A stretch of 57,172 nucleotides of DNA, the filler included, from Sphacelaria rigidula (Eukaryota), in the NCBI GenBank assembly GCA_964200075.2. It is 8 parts of 8 records of this genome, joined end to end, with 100 filler letters (N's around TTAATTAATTAA, not from the genome) between each part and the next. Parts side by side here need not be neighbours in the genome. Positions count along the whole stretch, not along the records: positions 7,160 to 14,218 come from CAXNAA020016704.1; positions 14,319 to 21,377 come from CAXNAA020016705.1; positions 21,478 to 28,536 come from CAXNAA020016706.1; 5 more parts are not named here. The stretch is one strand, 5' to 3'. This document shows, piece after piece, positions 12,011 through 24,245 of the stretch. The position numbers and the translations under genes were made by a program. The notes under the pieces were generated by a model that saw only the letters and a list, made by a program, of their open reading frames with translations, was not told the DNA's origin and searched no databases. Each line of letters starts with the position of its first letter. Positions within the stretch are counted from its first letter, which is position 1.

Positions 12011-12828
12011 GTCGGAAGTCTGAGAAGCGGGGCTGGGGTGTTGTATAAACCTCAGGGAGGGTGCGGTGACAGAAGTACAGCACCGATACTAGTGAACAAA
12101 TGTGTTAGGGCAGATTGTCCCACGGAAGAATAGATAACGTGCAATACAGTACTGCTACACGCGGTGGAGCGGCAGTTACTACCTACACAGTTGCTGCACC
12201 GAAAGAAGGAAGCGTGTGGGTTGTAAGTGGTGAACCAAAACACTAAAACAGTCAGCGTCAAGAGTGAGAGGACACCGCACTATAGACACAGCAGTGGCAC
12301 ACAAGTGTCAACGTCCTGCAAGGAGAAAGGTATAGTCGCTTGCGCCGTAAGATAAAAGCGGCGTGTGTTGGATCTGTCCTAAGGTATATAATATCAACTT
12401 TCTGCAAGGGGCTACAACAAACAATCTGACACAGCGCTGGGCGGGATATTCGTCGAGCGATGTGGCCCAGGAAAGACGACAATAGAGCAAGGGCACTACA
12501 GATCAAGAATGCGGCTCAGTAAAAGGAGAGACCAAAGCAGGAGAAGGACAAAGGGCAGGGTGTGCCAGCGGTGGAGGCAGGAAAGTGCGACCGAATAAAT
12601 GCAGAAAAACAGCGCTGTGGCACACTAAAAATGAAAGCACTCTAAAAAAAGCTAAATGACATTCAGGGATTGGGGAGACTGCCTCAAACAAGAGGGAAAT
12701 TACAGGGTCACCCAGAAGCGAGGAGCAGCAAACGTGGGCTACACGAAGAGACAGCTGAACAAGGCAACGAGGCTACAAGAATACGAGTGAAAGGCTACTG
12801 AAAACCCAAGCAAGACACGGCCAATTAA

Positions 12829-12838
12829 GTCGACGCCA
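12829..12838 (-). promoter_or_regulatory. Primer-binding site TGGCGTCGAC (tRNA-Ser-like)
   Basis: It begins with TGG one base after the LTR CA end and is complementary to a tRNA ending ...GUCGACGCCA, as in plant-type tRNA-Ser. The host tRNA identity is inferred. Confidence 0.62.
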
Positions 12839-12839
12839 G

Positions 12840-13330
12840 TGTAATATGGAAAGGCTCCACACACCTTCCTAGATGGGTGTTTATCAATGTGCTGCAAGCT
12901 TGGTGAAATGCACAAGGTGCAATGGTGTGTCCGAGCAGAAAAGCTGCAGATATGTGTTTCACACACACAGGTTCACGTGGCTCTTGGTCAACAGTAGCAC
13001 ACAAACAAAGAAGCTCGAAGGCTTGGTATGTTGTTATTCTCGCTTTTTATTCTCTTGCTTGCCTAGCGTACTGTTCTCACCGAAGGTAAACAGTAGGTGC
13101 AGATGATCCAGCTCAGAGAGGGATCGAGGGTGCAAGTAACACAACCTCTCTGACCTAGGCCCGAGAAGGCGTTCCTCCTTCTCGGGGCTAGGGTGCACAA
13201 GTCTGCATGCCAACCTTCCCCGAAACTATGGGAGTATTCCCATGAACAGATCAAATGATCTGTAAGTCAACCTGCCCCAAAACTGTCTGAAGGAACAAAT
13301 AACGCCTCTCTATCTTCCTTCCTCATGACA
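12840..13330 (-). repeat. 5' LTR (491 bp)
   Basis: The minus strand starts TGTCATGAGG and ends CCATATTACA (imperfect terminal inverted repeat TGTCAT/ATTACA). AATAAA lies at 13046-13051 (minus) and a PBS follows immediately. No second LTR is present to confirm the boundaries. Confidence 0.68.
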
Positions 13331-13438
13331 GAAAGCCTTTTGCACGTCCAGAAAGAAACAGAAACAGTACGTTTTTTTTTTCCAAAATCGGGATCCCAAA
13401 AAATCGAGATTCGTTTGCCATAAAAGTGGGTCTTAAGT

Positions 13439-13855
13439 AAGCACTCTCAATAATACTTGAGTATAGAGTATCATACTTGAGTATGACCTCAATACTCTAC
13501 TCAAATTTCGAGTAGGCTGAGTATGGTCTCAAATATTCGACTCAAGTTTTGAGTATGTTGAGTACGGCCTCCAATACTCTACTCAAATTTTGAGTAGGTC
13601 GAGTACGACCTCAAATAATCGACTCAAATATTGAGTAGGCACTCTCAAGAATACACGAGTATAGAGTATTACTTGAGTATGACCTCAATACTCTACTCAA
13701 TCATTCGAGCAGACTGCGTATGATTTCAAATACTCTACTCGAATAATTGAGTAGGTCGAGTACGACCTCAAACACTCTACTCAAACTTCGAGTACTAAAA
13801 GTATGACTCTTAAAAAATACTGAGTATTGAGTATACTCTACTCGAACTACCCTTG
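13439..13855. repeat. Array of palindrome-containing units of about 41 bp with a higher-order duplication of about 198 bp; probable DNA-transposon subterminal region
   Basis: The unit TACTCTACTCAAATTTTGAGTAGGTCGAGTACGACCTCAAA recurs. GCACTCTCAA.AATAC..GAGTATAGAGTAT occurs at about 13441 and 13639. The array ends in CCCTTG (CAAGGGT on minus), like the MITE end at 40643. Confidence 0.8.
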
Positions 13856-15917
13856 GAGTTATGCCATGGAATTTCGTATGGAGAACTCTTAGTAGTAGTG
13901 CACAATAAAACTTATTAATACAGCTTTTTCAACTTTTGTCGGGAGTTTTTTTTTCATTTTTTCCGGGTTTTGGGGGCAGTTTTTAGAGGAGAAATGATTG
14001 CTTCAGGCCTTATCTCATTTTTTTTCTTCAACTTTTATAATTGTAATTCGAAACTCAGAGTAAAGAACCACAGAGGTATGCTGAATTAAAAAAAATGGAC
14101 CCTCAGCTTTTTTGGCGCGCGGGGGGGGGGGGGGGGGGGGGGGGGGGGTGGGGGGTTCTAAAAAAAAAAAGACCGGCCCCAAAACAAAAAACCCAAAAAA
14201 CAAGAAAAAAAAAACAAANNNNNNNNNNNNNNNNNNNNNNNNNNNNNNNNNNNNNNNNNNNNTTAATTAATTAANNNNNNNNNNNNNNNNNNNNNNNNNN
14301 NNNNNNNNNNNNNNNNNNTTTTATGTTGTAGGGGGCGGCCCGGCCATGGAAGGCCGCGGTCTCGCAAAGGCGACCCGGGGGTGTGAGAGGGGGGGGGGGG
14401 GGGGGTGAAAGCATGACACGGAAGAAAACAAGAATGAAATGTGAAAAATAAGCTTGATGTAAACTCAAGGGGTGCACCGAAAATGTATCAAACTCCACTG
14501 AAGAACACGGCAACAAGATTGCATTTTTTTTCCTGGCAACGAAATACAGCAATACAAATAATTTTTTTTCAACTGTTCCCCAACCAGCAAACCGCTCACA
14601 CTCATCATGTGTTTCCATCCATGCATTGAACATGATTTCTGTGTATTTGGTTCGCCCCCCTCTCTCCGCCCCCCCAAACATTCTACCCGCGCGCCTACAG
14701 CGTTTCTCTTTGTTCTGGGTTCTGCTACAGGTGGAGAAACACTGTTGTCAAAACAGCTACACGTGTCTCAAATTGTGGTTTCAGTCGACACCTAACACCC
14801 TTTCAACGGGACGTCCCCACGCTCGTTCCGCCTAATTTCCTACCCCAGTCATTTGGCACCAGATCTCGGTGCCGGGTGCAGTCTCGTAGCCCTCAAGGGA
14901 GGAAGGGATGATGTCGTGAGGAACGCCATGGGGCTCCAGGTAGGTGTCTTTCAATGAAAACGACACCACCAGACAAGAAATGGGCGACATAAGAAGGGTC
15001 GGTTAAGGGGAGGGAAGCAACATGAGAGGGCGTAGCGTGAGGCGACATTACACGAGGGGAGGGGGGGGGGGGGGTTCAAGTTATGTGCGTGGAAGGTCGT
15101 TCCGGTCCCATCGCTCTCGCAACCTGTCATGCTGGACCCTCTTCATTTGTGGGGAAATTACTGCGGCATACCGACGCTTAGTAATTCAATGCTTCCGCCT
15201 ACTTATGTTCAGCTACCGTACTTGGGAGTAGATAAGCCACGCAGGGCCACCACCGGATGGCGAGGGAGCGCGGTAGACACTATTCTGTGGCTTTCCTTGG
15301 GCAATAACCGCAAACGTATGAGGCGGTCCGTCTGTTTCAGGTCACGAGCGACTCGACGTTGGCATTACGCGATCCCGTATGCATCGCTCGAACCTTGCAA
15401 ACCCCACACCGCAGTATGTGCGGCGAAAACACTGCATCGCACATAGAGAAAGGGCACGCCGCATTGTCTTCTAAGCAACTAACGATGTGCCCCAAATGCT
15501 TCGTGGTCCCACTGAAAAAACACATTATTCAAGTGGTCTTGATACACTATTTTGGTACCAGATACGATGCAATTGATTCGCAACGCAGTTTCAGACGAGG
15601 ACAATAAAAGCGTTTTTTCTCGGTTTTTGTTTCCGTTTTCCGCGGTCATTCAGTCGATGTTACGTCAAGAGTACGTCGCTCCCGTCATACACATGATCTG
15701 TTAGCCCGTACAATGCCAGATGGCCCACCTTCGAACTTGCCACCAGGTACATTCCGAAGACCTCCGTACCAATCCACTATCAGCGCCCTGCGCAAATAGA
15801 AATTGGAGTCGCGTTTACCAACCGTTTATCGACATTAGCAGAACCGCCTTTCACACTAACAGCGTTTGTTGAAACGAATGGGAACCACGACTAAATAGCA
15901 AAAACGAGCGAAATATG

Positions 15918-16863
15918 TACACTTGTGAACTGGTTTGGCTAACCAGTTAACTGATTGCAAGAAATTACAGTCACCTACAGTAATCAAACTGGATGACTGG
16001 CGGCGACGCCGCCCCGCGACTCCGCCAGCGTTGCTTGACAAGGCAACGCGACGGAGTCGCGTGAACGCCCCCCCCCGCCCTCCCGGCTGGTGAGGGGTCC
16101 CCGCCGTAGGCTAGAAAATTACGTCATTTGGCTTCACATCTCTCCAAAATCGCGGTAAATCCTAGCCGCCTAGCGCTAACATTTCGAGCACGTAATCGGT
16201 GCACAAATATATATATATATATGTGCATGGGAAAAAAATAAGTATCACTGAACTTTGCGACGTGAGTTCAAAGAAGCGGTGAAAAAGTAGTGCAGCATAC
16301 ATAGCGTTCCGCCTGTATCACCCAAGCGCCGGGAACTACAAGCAGCACGACAACTTGGTGACTTTTTTGAGTGTGGCTTCATCAGCCAGGAAAATGTAAT
16401 AGAAATCTCGACTGTTCCTCATGCTTCCGTCTCACATTGACCAGCCACCACTGAACGCTTAACGCTTCATGCAGACAGAATTAATAAAGCAAAGCACACA
16501 CAACAACCCACGAAACGCAGTTTTGCTTCACATTTCAGATCCGCTCAATCAACAACTGTCCGTGCCCGATCTTTTTTGTTTCGTGTATTGGAATATACTG
16601 TCTGCGATATTGGTGTCTACGTCTAGGTGTGTGCGCCTTGCGGTCATGTACTCGCCTCTGCAACAGCGTCCCACGTCATTGTAGTATGACAGTACTTCAG
16701 ATAATTTGGCTTTAGTATGACACATGTACACCGAACACTGTGAAGTAATACACATATCTCGGGTGAAATAACTGGTTCAACTGGTAACAAAATCGATCAC
16801 TTAACTAGTTGCGCCAGTTAACTGTAACTGGTCAGTTAAACTGGCAGCCAGCTCACAACTCTA
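15918..16863. mobile_element. Non-autonomous hAT-type DNA transposon (946 bp)
   Basis: Perfect 8-bp TSD GAAATATG (15910-15917 and 16864-16871), imperfect TIRs TACACTTGTGAACTGG / TAGAGTTGTGAGCTGG, and clustered AACTGG/CCAGTT subterminal motifs at both ends. Confidence 0.88.
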
Positions 16864-17867
16864 GAAATATGCCATTCGTGCCTCCCGCGAGGCATACTGC
16901 GAGACAGGTAAACAACTCTTCACTTGAAACTCGGAGCTAGAGGAAAACATCTGATGATCAAAAATACATGAAGCGTTGTCACAAAATATGAACTAATGGA
17001 ATTTTGAGAAGTTGCCCACAACACATCATTTTGCCATACCATGTACTGAAATTTTGAACGTGCGCGATTTTTTCGCACAGTGAAGCCGAATATTCTCAGA
17101 GTATTTCAAAATGAAGAATAAAATCCACGTGCTCACGGCATCTACACTTGCATCTCATACCGGTTCTTATCCTGAATAGACCCGTGATTTGATATTGCTC
17201 TCTCTGAAGCCATAAATCCCATCATGTCGGCTCGCGATCGGATAAACCATTACGATGTCACATTGCCCGCCCACACCACACGTTTATTGCTACAAATACG
17301 AAACTACATGTCGACCCTTGTGATGATGTGACAGAGGGAAACAAATTAAAACACAGTACCTGAAAAACTGCACTGTACCGTACCTGTCGGTTAAAATTGC
17401 CAGGGCGAGAGTTCCCTGAAAACCGCTCATACGATTGCCCATGCCACAGGTGAGACGCGGACGGTAGACCAAATATCTGTGGCCCAGCACGAAGTACATC
17501 AACATACCAGAATTATCAGAGTTTCCATCATTTTTTTTACTTTCGAATCGTCACGATCCACTACACCAACACCTCGTCACCAAATCATCATGAACATCAT
17601 TACTATGGTTTATACGAAATAAAAAATACGAGAGCAACGGTCATGTTCGACGCCAGCAGCAGGACAGCGACGAGAGCAATCTGTGCATAATTTCCAGCAT
17701 TTCACAACGCAGTGTTCATACAAAACACAGTAAAAGTCGCGATCACAACTCGTGCGAACTACAGTACTGGCAAGCGTGAGCACGATCGACCCGTGAGGCC
17801 AACTTTCACGAATCATAAAAGGCTGACACTTTACAAGGTTTGTGCACGCTCCTTGACCTTCACCGTA

Positions 17868-18461
17868 TCACGACCACCCTTCCTCCCCCGACCTTTGCGT
17901 CGCTTTTCCCACTGTGATAGCCACGTGCAGTGAAGCGTAGCGCTCGAAAGCCTCGGCGGGACAAAAGCTGGGGACAAGTGGCGTATGTGATGTCGACGTT
18001 TCCGACGACTGGAGCTTCTCTTCATCTTTGGTGTCGACGGTGACACCTGGGGATTGTTCGGTGGTGGCCCTTTCATATGTTTCCGTGCCTGTTTCTGCTT
18101 CCAACTCGTGCCTCTCCCTGTCGTCGCCGTCGTCGCTTCTTCCGTGACGAAGACGACGGTGGCTTTTATCCATATCTACCCTTGCTGCGCCAGATTTCGA
18201 CGCCATCGATGGTCGCCCGCTTTCTTGAAGGCTACGTTGCTCGGATGGTTCGCCACTGATGACAGCAGCAGCTGCAGCAGGGACGGCAACAGTGGTGGCA
18301 GTGTTTTGACTGCTGCCGCCACCGCCACGCCCGCCATTGTCTGAATAAAAGCCGAGATTCAGCGGCTCACCATGTTCTTGTCTTGTTCCTGCGTTCCATG
18401 CCGCACTATGAGAGGTATGTAAGCCGTCCCGCGGTGGTGTTGTTGCTCCTGCTAGGAGCAC
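17868..18461 (-). CDS. Probable terminal exon of an unknown gene (low-complexity, disordered, 197 aa)
   Basis: Acceptor atag| directly precedes 18461. The 594-nt GC-rich open frame has Gly/Ala runs and acidic/Ser-Thr tracts, and no recognisable domain. A possible upstream exon starts at about 18942 (ttcag|, RWGKLRSVVDARSLAPM). Confidence 0.55.
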   Translation of the reverse strand: MLLAGATTPPRDGLHTSHSAAWNAGTRQEHGEPLNLGFYSDNGGRGGGGSSQNTATTVAVPAAAAAVISGEPSEQRSLQESGRPSMASKSGAARVDMDKSHRRLRHGRSDDGDDRERHELEAETGTETYERATTEQSPGVTVDTKDEEKLQSSETSTSHTPLVPSFCPAEAFERYASLHVAITVGKATQRSGEEGWS

Positions 18462-19221
18462 CTATCGTAGTTTTGTAAGAAAGATCATGAAGTTGACATG
18501 TTACAGAGTGGATAATTGCCAGTACCCCGCTAGCATAGTCTCTTCAGTCTACATGGCGTCCAACTCGTTTTTTGGTGTGCCGTATCTGCAAGGTATACCG
18601 CTATGATCGTTCTGTGTTGGCATGTTGGTCTTCATGTGTAGCATGCATTGGCGTGTGTTCAGGCTGGTACAATGAAAGGGTAGCTACGTGTCCGGACATG
18701 CAGTCGTCTAGGATCCCCAGATAGTGTGATTGCCGATGAGGTATGTGCCGCTAAAAGTCAGAAATAGGAGATGAACAAATTGAAACATGCAGTTGTGCGC
18801 CAGTGACAACTTCGGAGAAACAGGGCGATTGGAGATCCGTGAATCTATTGTAATACAACGATCGACACCTTCGACGGACGTCTGGTCGGTCACCATCGGA
18901 GCCAGCGATCTTGCGTCGACTACACTCCGCAATTTGCCCCATCTGAACTCAAAGTCAAAGACTGGTACTGGCTTATGCTATGGGGACGATCCTGCGAAAT
19001 ATGATCACCAGAATACATGCATAACGTTTCATCAACACGAAATGACCTACTGCCGGGATTTGCGTGTGATCAGGCCCCAGGATTTGTGGGCACCCACGGC
19101 GCATCGAGTTAACGTTCGGGCCTATGAAATACGGGGTTGAAACAGAGTCACCACGGAACTGTACCACCACCTCCAACACTGCAAGTAGGCCCTGACTTTT
19201 AAGGCATGCCTATATTTTTGC

Positions 19222-19470
19222 CTTAGAGGCCCTTTTCAGAAAGGCGTTGCCTAAGAGGGGTATGCCGTCTGGGATGCCTTGTTTGGACGAGGCAAACACA
19301 TATGCTACAACAAAGGATGTAAGTAAGGCACACGAATTACGAGGCCCACTCCAAGTAGTCGGGGTACCGGGGTTTTACTTTTCGCCTGAGAGCTAAGAGC
19401 CCTTTCTGAAAAGGGGTTGCCTGATAGGGTGTTTCATGCCTGAGATGCCTTATTCAACAAAGGCAAACGA
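19222..19470. repeat. Diverged direct duplication (core of about 75 bp, period of about 172 bp)
   Basis: GGCCCTTTTCAGAAAGGCGTTGCCTAAGAGGG…GATGCCTTGTTT…GGCAAAC versus GAGCCCTTTCTGAAAAGGGGTTGCCTGATAGGG…GATGCCTTATTC…GGCAAAC. Confidence 0.65.
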
Positions 19471-21477
19471 TTTCTGTTCCGTTCTTCAAGGACTACGTGA
19501 TGCCGATTCCCAAAACGTTTGGTGTTGCTGTTCAACGGTATCCTCGGATGTGTCACTGCACCCGAAGCGACCACCTTCCCTCAGGTTTTGAGAGCCGTTT
19601 GAATTGTGTGGATGCAGTTCATAAGAAGCAAACTCTCTAGCTTTCACAGATGTTGCGACTTCGGTGCAGTTTGTTACCGTGACCACCTCTGAGCAGACGG
19701 GAGTACGCGCTAGAGCAACGGAAGGTAGCTATGATCCGGTTTGCCTGCCGTACTGCCGACAGCGTCGCGTGAAAGCCACAAGACCCTTGCTGTTGCCGGT
19801 TGATGGCGTGGGTCTCGAATGCAACGACATGCGGTTTCATCGTAGAGCACTCTCGTCTCTCCTCCCAACTTGTGATGATCCATGACCTCCTGACATCGAA
19901 ATGATTATTACTTATGGGAAGCTACTCGTACTGTACCGAGCTGTCCCACGCGATCAGCGTGTGCTGCAGATTGCCTATGCGCCACGTTAGGCCACCACCA
20001 TAGATATCTTTTTTCACTCCAAATGCCAATAAAATTTCTACAAGTGTTTGGTCTCTCATACACCCCCCTCAACTCGCGTGTGGTAGGCCCTTCTGCTCGG
20101 GCACCCGGTTGGGGGAGGTCGGCGAAAATCAACGATGAATAACCCCCCCTAAGTTCAAATTGGATGTATCTGTTATTGCTGCAGCACCGCCCTTCCTGGC
20201 ATGTGTGTGACAGAGAACAGTAGTAGCGGTGACGGGAACATTGCCCTATTTTTCAACATGTTTTTCAGCGCACAGAGGCGCGTCCTGTCCCAAAGGAGAG
20301 GCAGAGAGGAATCGATCTTCGCATTCCTGAGCTGGACAGGCAAGAAGAGACGACGGAATCTCTCTGCACGTCGATGTTCTGACACATGAAAAATTTGGTA
20401 CATGCTGGTATAATAACATCGATGATGCCAGTTTCTCAAGCGATTGGTAACCGCCGAGCGGGGACACACAAAGGGCACAGGCGAGGAGTGCCCTCTTTGT
20501 CGTTGCTTCTCTCTCTCTGGTGATATCGTCATCGACACGCGTGTACACCGCATTCGTTGGGTGCACCTAGCCACAGCTGCCTGACTGCCGCGGACATTTG
20601 GGGTGGAAGATGGCTTCGCTCGGTCGCAAGTGTTTCGCGTCTTCCTTGCAAGAGAGAAATGCCACACTTCAATCCCATATTTTGTATGAACCCCTATTTT
20701 CTAGCATCCATTGTTCCGTAGACAGGAAAATATATACGTAATATAACACGCACGGGAAGTGTTTCATATGATAATATGCTGTTTGAATGAGTGGAATGGC
20801 AACCTACAAGCAGAGGGAGAGTTCTGCCAAAGTCGGGGGCAGCTGAAGATTGCGACAACACCGGCTGAACGTATGACAACACACAGTTCTTACTGTAAGC
20901 TCATTCCGCTGTTCCCCCCTTTCCCCCCGGATGCCGCTACGAATATCTCACTTGCTGCTCGAGATCCGACCCCGACGGGCTTTTCACTTCCGGCGTGTGC
21001 CTTAGCTTCTTAATTTGTTTTTAACGATCTCAACAAAGAATTTGCTAATTCTGCTACCTCGCACCCGCCGTATTTACGCCAGCGCTGGCCAAATAACAGA
21101 ACAAAATATATTCGCCCGCGCATAACAGAGCTGTATGGACCTCTGTCACTCAAGATCAGATTGCCATGTGGACTCCTCCCATCACGGGCACACGGACTTC
21201 AGCAGCTTCAGTTATTTACGTGTTAACCCTCAGCATAGTACAGGAGAACAGGACCATATAGCCTCTCTCCACCAGAGTGACAAAACCAAGCCTACTCGCC
21301 ATGGAGGTCACCATCACAGAGTCCGGCAATCAGACCCGCAACTCCACCTACAATGTCCCTGACCTTAGGTAACAATGNNNNNNNNNNNNNNNNNNNNNNN
21401 NNNNNNNNNNNNNNNNNNNNNTTAATTAATTAANNNNNNNNNNNNNNNNNNNNNNNNNNNNNNNNNNNNNNNNNNNN

Positions 21478-22000
21478 CAATCACCAAGCGCGAAGCGCCG
21501 TGGTGTGTTCGGAAAGTCGCATGTAGGGTGAGCTGCATCCTGCTGAGAGAAAACCTCAACATGAGAGGAAACCTGGTGAAATTCCGTTGCGACAAGCTAG
21601 AGACTGCACAACACTCCCTAATACGGCATGAAGCGGAAAGCGGCAAAGTATCAAGCACCAACAGCGAAAATATATAGAAGCAGACGGTAAAAATGTCAAA
21701 AACCTTCGACATAACGCATGAACAAACGAGAATCTAGTCTACGCTCATCCTGGTTACTATGATACCAAGTGCTCACCGTGAGGGTTGGGTGGAGGTCATA
21801 CAGGGCAGTTGCCAGAGCTTCCGCAACATTCGCTTTTCCTCGCCCGTGCCCCACCTGACAACACCGGTGAACACAACAAAATGACGAAGCAACGGTATCC
21901 TGATGTTCTCTAGTTGGAAGCAGCACAAATGACAAAACAAGGGCAGACAACCTACAGCTGTAACAATGGAAATTACGCATGATATCGACCGCTAAATCCC
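21478..22000 (-). mobile_element. LINE 3' relic (poly(C)-tailed subfamily B); related pieces at 22830-23007(+), 42955-43016(+), 50114-50163(+)
   Basis: 21478-21540 is the reverse complement of about 22833-22893 (CACACCACGGCGCTTCGCGCTTGGTGATTG). The subfamily ends ATGACTATRGCATGCATGAyCwTGAGTACA-poly(C). An eroded E-x-x-x-HF-x-x-x-C zinc-knuckle remnant lies near 21680-21710. Confidence 0.6.
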
Positions 22001-22572
22001 CGCAACATACTACATACATTGATCAACTGTCCGCAACTAACTGTTGTGCGGTACGTGATCCCTCGCCCTCGGATGGGCGCCAGTATCGTCCACCTGTGTG
22101 CACGTGATGGCCTAGCTTGGACCCAACATATGATGTATTCTACTCAATAACCCATCGTCGCCACAGACACCTCCACGCCCGCCGTAAGATCTCGCCAAGA
22201 GAAACATGCCACACGTCGGACAGATGATCTATCTGAAATAGCCAATCAAAGAAGACTCTAGGATCCATTGGCCCAAAAACACGAAATACGAAACCGCGAA
22301 GTCAGAAAAGCCAAAGCGCAACCTTTGTGCTACTCGGCGTGCTCGGTGTCCGGTGCTGTAGGGAGCAAACATGGGAAAGGGAGACCAAATAATCAGTATG
22401 CTGACAGGAAGTAATTCACAGACACAACATCATCTGTCCGACATGTGAAACATTCGCGGCAATCCCATATACATCCATGTTCACCCCGCTGTACAGTATA
22501 AGGCAGGACATAACTTGGTTACGAGAGTGGTGAAACAGTGTTCAAGTCAAATCTTCACCCCTCACCCGATCG

Positions 22573-22605
<33 letters not shown>

Positions 22606-22689
22606 ACCACAGACCACCACACACCCNNNNNNNNNNAAAGAAAAAAAATAATTTTTTGGTGAAGGGGGAGATAGATTTCTATTCAAAAC

Positions 22690-22733
<44 letters not shown>

Positions 22734-24095
22734 ACTTGGAAGTGGCGATGCCAGAAAATAATGCAACTCATTGTAGGCTATCATCTTAATGGGAGATAAT
22801 CAGCGCGCGTGGGGCCGAACAATCATAGCCGGATGCAGCTCAATCTCCACGCGACTCGCCGGACACACCACGGCGCTTCGCGCTTGGTGATTGAGTGCGA
22901 GCCTGGTCCGGCGAAAACCCGGCGTGCTTCCGTCCCGGCTTTGTAAAGATGCGAGGTCAAATATATTATGACTATAGCATGCATGACCTTGAGTACACCC
23001 CCCCCTCCCAAAACCCAGCCCAAGACTGTCACGAAAATGGTCATACAGCGCCTGATATTTGGTTTCAGGCTGCATGAAGTGCCTCATGTGGGCGACAACG
23101 GCGAAAGCGAACCCAAGCGTTGGAATTCCCAGCTGCTCGTTGTGCTCGACTTGTTTTTTCATTTCGATTTTCAGGTGTAGAGTTGGCCTCCTCAAACCAG
23201 CCACCTTTTTTTTTTTCGGGGGGGGGTACTTATTTCTTATTTCTTGCTTGCCTTCGTCGTTTGATCATTGACCACGCAGTATCCCTTTCGACACGGAAGT
23301 TTTGGACACCGTTCCATATCATAGACAAATTTCCAACATTTAGGGCCTTTATGATCGACACAGTTTTTCCGGAGATCGCCAAGGTTTTAGGTGTTTCCGC
23401 CCCTTGTGCTTGGCGTTCTCCGAAAATGAAGCGGCTAGATTTTTTCTCCAAGCCTTCACCTTTGGCGAACGTCGATTATTTCGGATCGCAGCGCAATACC
23501 CCGCAGAGCTGCCCTTGGCACACGCCGTGACGCTTGCAAGCACGCGAGAATCATCAGGAACCTTGCTAGAGACACCCTGGGCTATGTTGTAAAGTAAAAA
23601 GCATCGCAGGTTGGCAGTATCTATCTCCCTATTAGACGGTGTGTGCCCCGGCAGCGGTGTTGGATCTGTTGAGATCAAGCACGGTGGTCGTCGTTTGCAC
23701 ACATACGCACTTTCGAAGTGAAGAGCAGAAACAATCCAGTAGCTACCTACTTACTTGCCTGCTGTCCTGCTACGAGTGTAAACTACCGTACCGTCTGAAA
23801 AGTGTTACTGGTGGTTTCATTTGGTGTATCTGCGCATACAACTCACAGAAACCAAGCATGCTGCAATCCATGCACGGGGCTTTCTACAGTCGGTATTTTT
23901 ACTCATGTGTGCTGCTGCAGCCTCCCGAGGGAGCCGGTCGATCACGCCCTAGCCTGTCCGACTGCCCCCCGTGTCATAGAGAGGTTGTGAGAAAGATGTT
24001 CACCACAGTAGTTATGAACGCCATGAATGGGCAAGTAGCATAACTCTGTCCTTCATTTTGTCGGCGAAGGAAAGCAAACGACGGGATCAGCACCA

Positions 24096-24097
<2 letters not shown>

Positions 24098-24145
<48 letters not shown>

Positions 24146-24245
24146 GTCGTCCCATCTATTTTGGGCGCCGGTCTCCACCTTTCGGTATATATATGTGGCA
24201 CACCAGCCGGGGTCACCGAGGAGGAAGGTCAACACAGGAGCTTTT
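24098..24245 (-). mobile_element. Non-LTR 3' end with an (AC)n tail; second copy at 57065-57172(-)
   Basis: TGTCGTCCCATyTATTyTGGGCrCC…CAGCCGrGGTCAC…GGAGGAAGGTCAACA is shared by both copies, each next to a (GT)n-type tract, with an AATAAA-like signal on minus. Confidence 0.72.

Larger units (their letters stand above)
7460..13330 (-). mobile_element. 5' portion of an LTR retrotransposon (probably Gypsy-like): LTR, PBS, leader of about 2 kb, disrupted giant gag-like ORF; pol is absent from this contig
   Basis: LTR with TG..CA ends, a PBS 1 nt from the LTR, a long T-rich leader and a long GC-rich frame ending in a helical capsid-like region. It is truncated by a MITE at 7459. Confidence 0.75.

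Noticed and set aside
13069..13263. Hammerhead ribozyme in the LTR
   Set aside because: No CUGANGA plus GAAA core in the right stem context on either strand.
13439..13855. CRISPR array
   Set aside because: The units are contiguous degenerate repeats with no unique spacers.
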